This document shows, one piece after another, positions 52,309 to 64,000 of a stretch of DNA of 64,000 bases. Numbering within the stretch: the first letter of the stretch is position 1; each line of letters opens with the position of its first letter. The notes below the pieces were generated by a model, which saw only the letters and a list, made by a program, of their open reading frames with translations, was not told where the DNA came from and made no database searches. The stretch is from NCBI GenBank assembly GCA_028534125.1, contig CM052817.1, positions 101,620,001 to 101,684,000 of the forward strand, in the 5' to 3' direction. The stretch is from Lama glama (lineage: Eukaryota). The position numbers were made by a program, and so were the translations under genes.

Positions 52309-54666
52309 ATGCCACATGCTTTGTGGACAGTGTGGGTCTTGGCGGCAGCAATCAGCCTCTCCAAGGAAGGGGCCCTTGATCAGGCCCATTCTCTGTCTTG
52401 TGACCCCACTGGCGTCTGTGATGGCCGCGCCAGATCTTTAAACGCCATCCCCCCAGGGCTCACGGCAGCTGTGAAAAGCCTTGACCTGTCCAATAACAGG
52501 ATCACCTATGTCGGCAACAATGACCTGCAGAGGTGTGTGGGCCTCAAGGCCTTGAGGCTGGGGTCCAATGGAGTCCACACAATTGAGGAAGATTCCTTTT
52601 TTCCCCTGAGGAGCCTCGAACATTTGGACTTATCCTATAATCGCTTGTCTAACTTATCAGCTTCCTGGTTCAGGACCCTTTCTGCCTTGAAATTCTTAAA
52701 CGTGCTGGGAAATCCTTACAAAACACTTGGCGAAACGTCTCTTTTTTCTCATCTCCCCAGTCTGCGAATCCTGAAAGTAGGGAATAGTAACCCCTTCTCC
52801 GAGATTCAGGAAAAGGATTTCTCTGGGCTCACTTTTCTTGAGGAACTTGAGATCGATGCTTCAAATCTGCAGAGGTATGAGCCAAAGAGTTTGAAGTCAA
52901 TTCAGAACATCACTCATCTGATCCTTCACATGAGGCAGCCGGTTTCATTGCTGGAGATCCTTGGAGATCTTTTAAGCTCTGTCAGACATTTAGAACTGCG
53001 AGATACTGATCTGAACACTTTCTCTATTTCAGAAATAGTTGTCGATGAAACCAATACATGGATTAACAAGTTGACCTTTAGAAATGTAAAAATCACTGAT
53101 GAAAGTTTTAGTGAGCTGGTGAAACTGCTGAATTATATTTCTGGGATGTTAGAAGTAGAGTTTGATGGCTGCACCCTGAACGGACTTGGTAAATTTAGAA
53201 CGCCTGTTTTAGGCACAGTTAAATATCTAGGTAACGTGGAGACGTTAACAGTACGGAAGTTGACTATTCCAAATTTTTTCTTATTTTACGATCTGAGCAG
53301 TATATATTCACTCACGGGAAAAGTGAAAAGAATCATAATAGAAAACAGTAAGGTTTTTCTGGTTCCCTGTTTACTCTCACAACACTTAAAATCGTTAGAA
53401 TATTTGGATCTCAGTGAAAATTTAATGTCTGAAGAGTACTTGGAAAACTCAGCCTGTGAGCATGCCTGGCCCTTCCTGCAAACCTTAATTTTAAGGCAAA
53501 ATCATTTGAAATCATTGGAAAAAACTGGCGAAGTTTTGCTTACTCTGAAAAACCTGACTCACCTGGATATCAGTAAGAATAATTTTGATTCAATGCCTGA
53601 AAATTGTCAGTGGCCAGAAAAGATGAAATACTTGAACTTGTCCAGCACAAGAATACACAGTTTAACTTATTGCATCCCCCTGACCCTGGAAATTTTAGAT
53701 ATTAGCAATAACAATCTCAATTCATTTTCTTTGATTTTGCCGCAACTCAAAGAACTTTATATTTCCAGGAATAAGTTGAAGACCCTCCCAGATGCCTCCT
53801 CCTTACCCACGTTATTAGTTATGAGAATCAGTAGAAATACAATCAGTACTTTCTCTAAGGAGCAACTTGCCTCTTTTCAAAAGCTGAAGACTTTGGAAGC
53901 TGGCGGCAATAGCTTCATTTGCTCCTGTGACTTCCTGTCTTTCACGCAGGGGCAGCGAGCACTGGCCCAGGTCCTGATCGACTGGCCAGAAAACTACCTG
54001 TGTGACTCTCCATCCCATGTGCGGGGCTGGCGGGTTCAGGACGTCCGGCTCTCGCTGGCTGAATGCCACAGGGCAGCCGTGGTGTCTGCCGCGTGCTGCG
54101 CCCTTTTCCTGTTGCTCCTGCTCACCGGGGTTCTGTGCCACCATTTCCACGGGGTGTGGTACATGAAGATGATGTGGGCCTGGCTCCAGGCCAAACGGAA
54201 GCCCAAGAAGGCTCCCCGCGGGGACCTCTGTTATGACGCCTTTGTGTCCTACAGTGAGCAGGATTCCTACTGGGTGGAGAACCTCATGGTCCAGGAGCTG
54301 GAGCACTTCAACCCGCCCTTCAAGTTGTGTCTTCACAAGCGGGACTTCATTCCTGGCAAATGGATTATTGACAATATCATCGACTGCATTGAAAAGAGCC
54401 GCAAAACCATCTTTGTGCTCTCGGAGAACTTTGTGAAGAGCGAGTGGTGCAAGTACGAGCTGGACTTCTCCCATTTCCGTCTCTTTGACGAGAGTGATGA
54501 CACCGCCATCCTCATCCTGCTGGAGCCCATTGAGAGGAAGGCCATTCCCCAGCGCTTCTGTAAACTGCGGAAGATAATGAACACCAAGACCTACCTGGAG
54601 TGGCCTGCTGATGAAATGCAGCGGGAGGGGTTTTGGTTAAATTTGAGAGCTGCAATAAAGTCCTAG
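52309..54666 (+). CDS. TLR2: Toll-like receptor 2, 785 aa, single coding exon (acceptor ag at 52291-52292)
   Basis: Uninterrupted [14 protein letters not shown]...: signal peptide, [17 protein letters not shown] array, [19 protein letters not shown] with [20 protein letters not shown] (BB loop Pro) and [20 protein letters not shown], ending LRAAIKS*. The real start is the ATG at 52309, not the TTG at 52294 used by the ORF track. Confidence 0.99.
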   Translation: MPHALWTVWVLAAAISLSKEGALDQAHSLSCDPTGVCDGRARSLNAIPPGLTAAVKSLDLSNNRITYVGNNDLQRCVGLKALRLGSNGVHTIEEDSFFPLRSLEHLDLSYNRLSNLSASWFRTLSALKFLNVLGNPYKTLGETSLFSHLPSLRILKVGNSNPFSEIQEKDFSGLTFLEELEIDASNLQRYEPKSLKSIQNITHLILHMRQPVSLLEILGDLLSSVRHLELRDTDLNTFSISEIVVDETNTWINKLTFRNVKITDESFSELVKLLNYISGMLEVEFDGCTLNGLGKFRTPVLGTVKYLGNVETLTVRKLTIPNFFLFYDLSSIYSLTGKVKRIIIENSKVFLVPCLLSQHLKSLEYLDLSENLMSEEYLENSACEHAWPFLQTLILRQNHLKSLEKTGEVLLTLKNLTHLDISKNNFDSMPENCQWPEKMKYLNLSSTRIHSLTYCIPLTLEILDISNNNLNSFSLILPQLKELYISRNKLKTLPDASSLPTLLVMRISRNTISTFSKEQLASFQKLKTLEAGGNSFICSCDFLSFTQGQRALAQVLIDWPENYLCDSPSHVRGWRVQDVRLSLAECHRAAVVSAACCALFLLLLLTGVLCHHFHGVWYMKMMWAWLQAKRKPKKAPRGDLCYDAFVSYSEQDSYWVENLMVQELEHFNPPFKLCLHKRDFIPGKWIIDNIIDCIEKSRKTIFVLSENFVKSEWCKYELDFSHFRLFDESDDTAILILLEPIERKAIPQRFCKLRKIMNTKTYLEWPADEMQREGFWLNLRAAIKS

Positions 54667-55774
54667 GTTCCTTCACCAAAGGCCAGTCTTGATCTGGTGG
54701 TGGTTTCAGTCTCACTAGGTATAACCAAGTCCACTCCGACACAATTATACATAAGCCACACGAATGAGGACCTGCTTACTAAAACCACTAAAACTGTTCA
54801 AATTTGCTCTAGAGTGCTGTTTTATAAAAACTGCTACCAGAATGGGAGACCATGGTTCTGGGCTTTTCTTTCTCCTATGAGAGAATCATGATCAAAGTCC
54901 ATTATTGATATCTGAATTATCTGTACCAATTGGCTTAGTCCACTAGGAAACAGCATAAAGAAACAGAAAGTTGCAAATGGAAATACCTACACGGTGTGTT
55001 TCATGTGAACTGGGTCTGTCTTTTTGGGTATTTGATGATCGAGTTCTTCAGCCCCAGGGAGAGGGTACACAGCACAAAGTGCAGTAAGTTCTGTGTTTCT
55101 ACAACAATGAAACTAATAATACATAGGCAAAATACTCAGTTTAGAAGAATTTGAAAGAAGCCTTCTGTATCCGTGACTCTGGTCTTAGCCTTTCACTCTT
55201 TGTGAAGCTCTGACTGGGGGTCTGGTTCCTCTGGTCCCTCAGCCCCTGTCTTCAGGTCTGCCTCCCCTGCCTCAGGTTGCTTGTGTCTGCTTTGACAAGT
55301 CTTGTTTCTGATTCCAAAAAGGTCTTTTTTTTTTCTTTCTGAAACTTTATAAAAGTATGTGTGAGCTAAATAGGTGTTTAACAAGTATAGACTTGAATCT
55401 TATAATGACTGGAAAATATTTGAGACCTGATAATGTAAAAGGTAGATGCTACTTCCATGGGTTAATTTTTATAATTAGGTAATATGACGTTAAAGGAATG
55501 CATTATATTGAAAAGCAGGGAGTTATTTATGGATTTCGGGCGACCCTTTTCTTAAGCTGGGAACCACACGTGACAGGAAGTGGCCTTGCTCAGCTCTCAG
55601 CCAGGATGGGTCTGTGTGGTTAATTGGGCTCTGGAGTCAGAAAGACCTGGGTTAGTACATGTGTATCTTTGGGCAGCTCAATCTGACCCCAAATATTTTC
55701 CTGTCCTTAAGACAGGGATAGTAATAGCTACATGACAGGATGTGATGTAGTTATTAACATGCAGTTAACGCCAA

Positions 55775-55905
55775 GGAGGGAGGGTCTAGCTCAGTGGTAG
55801 AGCACATGCTTAGCATGCATGAGGTCCTGGGTTCAAGCCCCGGTACCTCCTCTAAGAGTAAATAAAATAAATAGACCTAATTAGCTCCTCCCACAAAAAA
55901 ATTAA
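55775..55905 (+). mobile_element. tRNA-Ala-derived SINE (vic-1-like)
   Basis: ggagggtctagctcagtggtagagcacatgcttagcatgcatgaggtcctgggttcaagccccggtacctcc + aaataaatagacctaattagctcctccc tail. Confidence 0.85.
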
Positions 55906-56082
55906 TTTTAGATAAACAAGTTTATACAGTATAGCACAGGGAACTATATTCGATATCTTGCAGTAGCTTACGTGAAAAGAATATGAAAATTAATGTATGT
56001 ATATTTATGACCGAAGCATTGTGCTGTACACCAGAAATTGACACGACATTGTAAACTGACTACACTTCAATAAAAAAAAAAT
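55906..56082 (+). mobile_element. LINE-1 extreme 3' end with poly-A, directly abutting the SINE
   Basis: gataaacaagtttatacagtatagcacagggaactatat...gtaaactgactacacttcaataaaaaaaaaa. Confidence 0.85.
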
Positions 56083-56471
56083 ACAGAACATGCAGTAACA
56101 TCAGTGAAGCCCAGATCATGTACCCTTTCGTTGCCATTCAAGCTGAGGTGACAAGAGGGCCACGCCCTGGAGAGTGGGAGCCACGGGAGCTTGCACAGGG
56201 CGACAGAGGTGCCTGTGGGTAGATGTCACCTGTTATTGTTATTTTCCAAGAAGTCATTCACCTTCTTAAATATTATGGTTTGTAAGTGAATGTTTTTCTG
56301 TTATGGGTACTAGCAGAGATCTAAGGTATATTTTCTGTTGTCTGCAGAAAGTTACCCTGAAGAAATAAGTTCATGAAGTGCACAAAAGGCTTTAGTCCTT
56401 GGGAAACTCACGTGGTGTTTCTTCTCTCTCATACAGACTCCTGGGAGAGTCTAACGGAGGAGGCAGCAGCC

Positions 56472-56971
56472 NNNNNNNNNNNNNNNNNNNNNNNNNNNNN
56501 NNNNNNNNNNNNNNNNNNNNNNNNNNNNNNNNNNNNNNNNNNNNNNNNNNNNNNNNNNNNNNNNNNNNNNNNNNNNNNNNNNNNNNNNNNNNNNNNNNNN
56601 NNNNNNNNNNNNNNNNNNNNNNNNNNNNNNNNNNNNNNNNNNNNNNNNNNNNNNNNNNNNNNNNNNNNNNNNNNNNNNNNNNNNNNNNNNNNNNNNNNNN
56701 NNNNNNNNNNNNNNNNNNNNNNNNNNNNNNNNNNNNNNNNNNNNNNNNNNNNNNNNNNNNNNNNNNNNNNNNNNNNNNNNNNNNNNNNNNNNNNNNNNNN
56801 NNNNNNNNNNNNNNNNNNNNNNNNNNNNNNNNNNNNNNNNNNNNNNNNNNNNNNNNNNNNNNNNNNNNNNNNNNNNNNNNNNNNNNNNNNNNNNNNNNNN
56901 NNNNNNNNNNNNNNNNNNNNNNNNNNNNNNNNNNNNNNNNNNNNNNNNNNNNNNNNNNNNNNNNNNNNNNN
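56472..56971. other. Assembly gap (500 N)
   Basis: Exactly 500 consecutive N. Confidence 1.
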
Positions 56972-58173
56972 GGATAGACTCAGGGACTTGTCAAAGTTCA
57001 AGAATCTTGTTGTATCTTTTTAATCCTTGCCCATGCCTGGTACGTAGTAAATATTGAATTGTTGAAATGTTTGCTGAGCAGAGAAATAAACCAGAGTTAA
57101 ATCTTCTAATAATCTGGATGGTGAGCCAGCTGTGATACTGAAGCCCTGAGCAGTTTCAAGAAGGAAAAATACCAACAGATAGAAATCTTAGTGTGCGTTA
57201 CCATTACAACTGTGATGGAATGTGGTATAGCATTAAGTTCATTGTCCATATTTTTGACAATGGGTGTGTTTCCTTTCTACTTCATACAAGTGTAACACCT
57301 TCAAGGATGGGAAAGGAGAAGTCTGGTGTTATGTATACCATGTTGACTGCTTAGCAAATGACCAGTCATTGAAAACAAATTAATCTGGGGGAGTTTAACA
57401 TATTGTTCTTGGGTGACTTCGTTCTGACTGGTCTTCGCAATTCCATTCATTTTTTTTCTTTCTTGCTGGATTAATTCACTTAGTTCAGCAAGTTATTTGT
57501 TGAGTGCCTGTTGTGTGCCAGGGGCTGCTCCGAGTGCTGGAGAGATAGTAGGGAACAAAACCAATCAAATTCTCTGTCTTCATGGAGGGGAAGGCAAACA
57601 ATAAACGAATGAGTCTCTGATATGATTTCAGGTATTGATAAATGTTATGAAGAAAATACAAGCAGCATATGGCAATGGAATGGCTGTGTGTGCGTGTGTG
57701 TGTGTAAACAGGGTGCACAAAAAAAGAGTGATTCTTCCCCTTTAGTGCAGCCCTGGGGCGGCCTGAGTGCATCTGGCAGCCCCAGGAAAGCCAGCGTAGA
57801 TCTGGTCCATGGAGTGGGCTGTGGCACTAGTGCTAGAGGTTTCGGAGTAACCAGTAACTAGAGGACGACCCAGAAGGTCTCAGTGGTGTCAAAGCTGCCA
57901 CGTGGTAACAAGTACCAAGGACAGAAAAGACCGTATCCTTAAACCACCGAGCACTTAACAACTCTGCTTGCTTCTTTGAAGATGTGGAACTGATAAGCAG
58001 GTTTTTGTTATTCCTTAATGTTGTATCTGAGAAGTACTTTGCAAACCTCTGAAACACATGAAGGGTGAGATCGTTATAAGCCAAACTGGAGGATGTCCTG
58101 TGGTGGGTTGTACCAAATATGTCACATGCGTGCATTAGAAAACAATCGTAATGGGAAAAAGTGCAAAGCACGT

Positions 58174-58250
58174 TTTATTTGTTTATTCCATTGATCAGTG
58201 TCTTTGAAGATTCGTTCCACAAGATGGAAAACAGATGGCCAAGTTTTATT
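58174..58250 (-). terminator. Candidate RNF175 polyadenylation signals
   Basis: AATAAA on the minus strand at 58174-58179, 58182-58187 and 58245-58250, 125-200 nt past the stop. Confidence 0.5.
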
Positions 58251-58374
58251 CCATTCTCTAAATTCATGGGATCATCTCGAAAATTAAAAAAAGAGTATCA
58301 ATACGAAATGTATGATCAAGGATTTGAAAATATCTCACCATGTGAGACGTTGCTTCTGGGGTAAGTCGTCTGTG

Positions 58375-58506
<132 letters not shown>

Positions 58507-58601
58507 TTAAGGAGGTTGCTCTGCATACAGCCACATAGCAGAAATATTCATCATTATTAACACGCCACCTTATTTCTAAAAGTAATTCAGAACTGTCTAC
58601 A

Positions 58602-58730
58602 GGGGGGTGGGTACAGCTCGGTGGCAGAGTGTGTGCTTAGCACGCACAAGGTTCTGGGTTCAATCCCCAGTACCGACACTTAAAAGAAATAAATGAGTAA
58701 AACTAGTTACCTCCCCCACCAGCAAAGGAA
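58602..58730 (+). mobile_element. tRNA-Ala-derived SINE (vic-1-like), more diverged
   Basis: gggtgggtacagctcggtggcagagtgtgtgcttagcacgcacaaggttctgggttcaatccccagtacc + tail. Confidence 0.8.
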
Positions 58731-60334
58731 ATGGAAACTGCTCTAAGTGAGAAAAAAAAAAAACCCAGCTCTGGGTTCCCCTGCCATCGGCTCATTGCAT
58801 GTTAAAAAGGAAAATATTAGTTCACAGATAACACCTGCCTTACCCTGGTATCTTTGATAAATTGTGCTAAAGGAACTTCATTAATACGTAGCATCTCTGT
58901 TAGCAATGCTCCACACAAAAAGACAGTTTGTGGACTGTTGCTCTTCTACTGAGTCTCAAGAAAAAGGGTACATGTAATATTCAAACGTTTATGCTCCCAG
59001 GACCATGAAAGTTTTTTCTCTCAAGATCGTTGCTTTCTCTCAAAGAAATCAGTTGTCCTTTGTTACTTACACGATCATTCAGGTGACATTTATGATCATA
59101 TTATGACCGAGTTTATAACAAAGATTTATATACTGCAGTTTCATCAGTCAGTTATTAACCAAAAGCTGTTCTGGACTCAGCCTCCTCCTGTTGGGAGGGA
59201 GATGCAGGGAGAGTGGATGCGAGGAAGGGGGACGGAGGACCGAGCACCACACGCCTCTGGCCCTGGTTGTGCTGGAGCTGCACCGACTCAGCGGGAAAGG
59301 CCAGGCCTGTCGGGGAGCTGGTGGCCACGGAGGGTGTGCTCTGTGGCCGTGGTGTGGCTCCAAGACCCAGGGACCCATCCAAGCTCCCTCCTCTGCGGCC
59401 CTACTTACCAGTTCTCAGAGATGGGGTGTTGCTGCCGACAGCCGTTAAAGCTGTGTATTTAGAGTTGGTGTGGAGCTGGGGTGGGGCACAGGGAGCCGGG
59501 GGCGTCTCCTTTGCACTGTGACATGTAGGGGACTGGTACTCAGAAAGAAGAGGAAGGCTGTCTCCTGGGAGAAGAGAGGATACCGGGCAGGCTGTAGCCG
59601 TCCTCTTGGTGTTCTGCTCAGTGGGGGATATGCTTTAGTGCCATTTTCCCCCCTGGTGGGGTTGAGGGCTCAGTCTTTGCAGTCAGCCCCACGCGGGGCC
59701 GTCCCCCTTCTGTGACCTTAATGAGATTTGAGTTTATTCAGTTGGGGGACCCTTGCTGTCTCTAAAACTTTCATGGCTGCCATTCACCACCCAAATCTGT
59801 AGTAGGTCTGCACTCCTTTCAAGTCAGCCTAAGAAAAGATGAGGCATAGCAGAGAACTGACACAGCCGGAACTCCAGGGGAAAGCACCCGCACATTTCTG
59901 GAAGTAATAAACTGGTGCAACCGAACAATACTTTTCTATATTCTGGTTCCCATTTGGGGCTTTTAAAATTTCAGTTCTAATCTATCTGTTTATCTCTCCA
60001 CCCATTCATCCCGTCCACCTATTACCTGTGAGCCATCTTTCTGTCTGTCTAGTTAGCTGGCCAGCTGATCTTTCCATATACCTATCTTTTGCAATGTTCC
60101 GTCGCATTTCCACTAAGGCCCTTACAGTAGAATGCATGCACTCTGAAGAGTAGAGTTGATCTTTTTTGGCATTTAACTTCCTAACAAGAAGAGTAACCAA
60201 AGCACAGGGGAGCAGCGAGACAGGAAAGTCATTTTGAAATAGGTGGTTGGGGAAAACATAGTGTTTCCTGCTACACTGATAGTGAAGATAAGGGAAGTTT
60301 ACAGACTGTGTCACCAGAAACATTTAACACACTA

Positions 60335-60499
<165 letters not shown>

Positions 60500-61804
60500 T
60501 CAGGCAATGTCTACTACACGATGACATAATGAAAGTGATCCCCACTGTCGGGTGGAGTGGTGGAGGTGACAATGGCTGCTAGTTGTGACCCGGTTGTGGA
60601 CCTGACTTTCTCAGGGAGATTCTGCAGAACAATAGAACCCCCGAGAATGGTGACCTTGGAGTCAGAGCTGCAATAGCTGATGACCTTGAGGAATTTCCTG
60701 ATCTTCTTGGCTTTACGTGTTTGTACCTCACTTGAGTCTTGATTCCTGTCATTAAATTAGATAAGAAATGTGGAAGTCTTTTTTTTTTTTAATAGATGTC
60801 ACATGTAAATGCATCCTCCAACTTCCCTGCCTCGTGGATCATGCATTTCTCTGTCTGGTTTTTGTGCACTGCTCATTACCTACTATGCAGTCAGACTTGT
60901 CTTTGGCCCTTAGATGAGTTTAAATTATTTGTGGTCGTAAATTTACAAATACTTCTATTAGCTTCATCAGTTTTTTCCTCAAAGTTTTATTACTGGTAAG
61001 AAGCCAGTTTATTTTTTCATAGCATAAAAATCTAATAAACACTAAAACTCTAGGCATTTACAAATTCATTTGTATGCAACCCCTTGTCCAGAAAGTTTGA
61101 CCCTTTGGCCCCAAAGTTGAGAGTGAACCCTTCGTTTTCCTGTAGCACCAGGGACTTAGAGAGCACATGTCATGCTGTATCTTGACTTTCTGTGCACTCA
61201 TGGGGGACTATGACTCATTCGTCCCTGTCCTCAGCACCTTAAGCAGTGCCTAAGTGCTTGTGTACTGAATGAATATTTGAATGAATCACTCAAATCCGGT
61301 TACTCTGGCAAACATATTTCCCCCAGGTTCCACAACTTGTAGGTGTAGGTAAAATGATGGACTATAGTGAGACCCGTCCTGATGCCTTGTTTATTTCTGC
61401 AGTCATTGATTTCAATGTGGTTTCCTGGGTCAAGACCATATAATGTTCTGACTAGCCTGCGACACACCCAAATGAACGGCAATGATGTGGGAGTCCCCTC
61501 TCTAACAGACGGAGGATCAAGGAGGTCAGGACAAGCCAAGGCCATGTAGATCATTCCTCAACATTAGATCCATGTGCAACTAGGAGTTTCCAGTATTTCA
61601 TGCTCTTGGAATTGGGGTCACTTTTGCAACATGCTTGGGTTAACGTAAAGTCGTGTATTAGAACAAAGATTCTGAACCCTAAACCTTACAGCCCTTCATT
61701 CAAAAGGGCTGGAGAATAGCCCCATTTTCTGGATAATATTGAGTTCAGGGGTCACAGAGCCAGCACTGAAATGTCCATCTCCTCTTTGATGTTCTCTCTT
61801 TAAA

Positions 61805-61941
61805 AATTTTTTTAAAAATTATTTTTAGGGGAAGAGGTAGTTAGGTTTATTTATTTTCTTATTTAACGGAGGTACTGGGGATTGAACCTAGGACCTCATG
61901 CATGCTAAGCAGGCACCCTACCACTGAGCTAGACCCTCCCC
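61805..61941 (-). mobile_element. tRNA-Ala-derived SINE (vic-1-like)
   Basis: Reverse complement ggggagggtctagctcagtggtagggtgcctgcttagcatgcatgaggtcctaggttcaatccccagtacctcc + A-rich tail. Confidence 0.85.
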
Positions 61942-63479
61942 TAATATTTTCTTTTATCTTCAAAATCTCTGTGCTGAGAAGCCTCTTCATGGGCGGAACT
62001 GCCACCGAGTGGGACTCAGATTCCCACCCCTTGTTAATATGATTCATGTTTGCCTGCTCCTTACTAATATGACTCATGTGAAAATAGGCCATTAATGATA
62101 CTCCCTGAAAAGCAAATTTAAAAGTGACTACATTTCAGATTACATATGCACACATGTACAACAATCCCTAAGGGCTTTTAAAGGTGGAGAGAGAAAAATA
62201 TTTCCACTTGCAAATGGCAAAAGGGGCTCTGGTCCAACATTTGAAAAGGAAGTCATATTGAAAACTAGGACCAGACTTGGAAAATTTCTACTAAGACTGA
62301 TAGCCTTTTTGGGGAAAGGTATCACACTGAAAAACCACATAGAAGTCCACATGGGATAGCTTTGTGTTTCTTACCTTAAAACGTTAAGGCTTAAGTGTTG
62401 GCGTCAGGGTTCCTATTACATTTCAGATGCATTTGGTCCAGGTTTTTACTCTCAGGATGGAATAAATGGAACCTCTGCAGATCAGACAGAATCAGATCAC
62501 AGCACTGCACATCTAAGGTATTACTGACCACGTTAGGTGGGCTTCAGAGGCAAAAGACAGATGGTTAGACCACCTTATCATGCCAGAGCTTTGAAATGAC
62601 TGTGTGTAGAGAGAGATGATAAAATTGGTATTATACTATAAAATAAAGATAAATGATGGCTTCTCTCCCCTGCATTTAGAAAAGAATTGAAATATGGATG
62701 GTTGGCCAACCCAAGCACAACTCTGGTATATAGGGCTCCTGATCTCAGCATCTTTCAGCTTACGGCGTCTTTCTCAAGGTGACTGGAGTCCCAGAGAATG
62801 CAGGTTTCCAGGCCCAGGCTTGTCTGGTCCTTAACACCTCAAGTTCCTCAGCCAGTAGATGGTTATTTAGGGGCAGAACCCATAGGCAGAGGAGCCAAGT
62901 GGTCCGAGAACAGGGTGCTCACATTTTGGTTCCTCCCTGTGTGATTTAAGGTGCCCCGCTGCCTGTGGTGTTATCCTCCTTTCAAGACCAAAGCTGATAC
63001 TCGGCTTCCCCCATCACTGCTGTTGACACAGCAGGTTCCTAAAGATTATTTTCAGGCAAAGCACACCTTATCGTTCTTGGTCCTTTGAGACTCAGACACA
63101 GGCTCCACCTGGATAGTCCAGAGTTCCTCCCTCTACCTAAATTTCACTCTTTTTTTCACTCCCCAGCCCCTTCTCTCCCTGGTTCTTCTTGGCTACCTGT
63201 CCGTTTATGGTTTACCAGCTTTCCCAGCCAATCTCTGCATGGATGCTATAGCCTTCAGGTCCATATGGCATGAAGATTCCTTTTTGAAAAAGAAATTACT
63301 GAAGGAGGAGGAGGAGGTTCACCTTAACTAGTAGTTCAGTATTCAGCAGGGATTGCCAGAAAGTCTCCAAAAGAAGATGGGCAGGAGGATAAAGGTCTGG
63401 GGCTTGGGGATGGGAGGGAAGCAGGGCAGCGGGCACGGGGGAGTTGGGGAGAGGAAGGAGGAGGAAGGTGATGAGACTA

Positions 63480-63737
<258 letters not shown>

Positions 63738-63809
63738 TCATTGTGGGAAAGGAGCGTGCACACCATCCTCCGAACACAGGGAAGCCACCGCCAGGCTCTC
63801 GGACACAGT

Positions 63810-64000
63810 ATTTTTTTTTTTTTGCTTTTTTAAAAGATTGAAGTACAGTCAATTTATAATATCATGTCAGTTTCTGGTGTACAGTATAATGTTTCAGTTA
63901 TACATACACATACATACATTTATTTTCATATTCTTTTCATACGTATGTTTTCATACTTTTTCATGATAGGTTACTACAAGATACTGAATATAGTTCCCTG
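63810..64000 (-). mobile_element. LINE-1 3' fragment (runs off the window end)
   Basis: Poly-T then attgaagtacagtcaatttataat...ggttactacaagatactgaatatagttccctg; same family as 7371. Confidence 0.8.

Noticed and set aside
53815..54474. Antisense ORFs over TLR2 (219 aa) and over the pseudogene (44573-45124)
   Set aside because: Shadow frames of GC3-rich coding sequence; their similarity just reflects the converted tract.
54654..54659. AATAAA at the end of the TLR2 CDS
   Set aside because: Formed by the codons GCA ATA AAG; no evidence it is used, and no confident TLR2 poly-A site could be assigned.
55775..55850. Apparent tRNA-Ala genes (also 19045, 58602, 61868)
   Set aside because: Mismatched stems, a shared SINE tail and multiple diverged copies indicate SINEs, not functional tRNAs.
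56373..57023. ORFs of 190-216 aa
   Set aside because: Artefacts of translating through the N gap.
57933..57941. GTATCCTTA U12-like donor on the plus strand
   Set aside because: No associated exon or matching branch site; probably chance.

Overview
Mammalian genomic DNA, probably camelid: it carries four copies of a tRNA-Ala-derived SINE resembling the camelid vic-1 family. The gene order matches human 4q31.3. (1) The last nine coding exons and 3' UTR of TMEM131L/KIAA0922 (+, 3706-20388). (2) A repeat-rich intergenic stretch (L1, L2, MaLR/ERVL LTRs, a hAT DNA transposon) with a ~215 bp inverted duplication. (3) A full-length TLR2 paralogous pseudogene (+, ~41280-45290). Its LRR part is heavily decayed, but its LRR-CT/TM/TIR part is ~94% identical to the functional gene, which points to gene conversion. 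(4) The TLR2 CpG-island promoter, non-coding exon 1 and an intact single-exon 785-aa TLR2 CDS (+, 52309-54666). (5) A 500-N assembly gap. (6) The last three coding exons of RNF175 (-), separated by two consecutive U12-type (minor spliceosome) introns. No prokaryote-style system and no clearly new gene system is supported. The most interesting signals are the mosaic TLR2 pseudogene, the tandem U12 introns, the inverted repeat and a possible SINE-L1 chimeric insertion. Gene identities and human residue comparisons come from my recall of the orthologues, not from a search. Repeat family names and boundaries are approximate.
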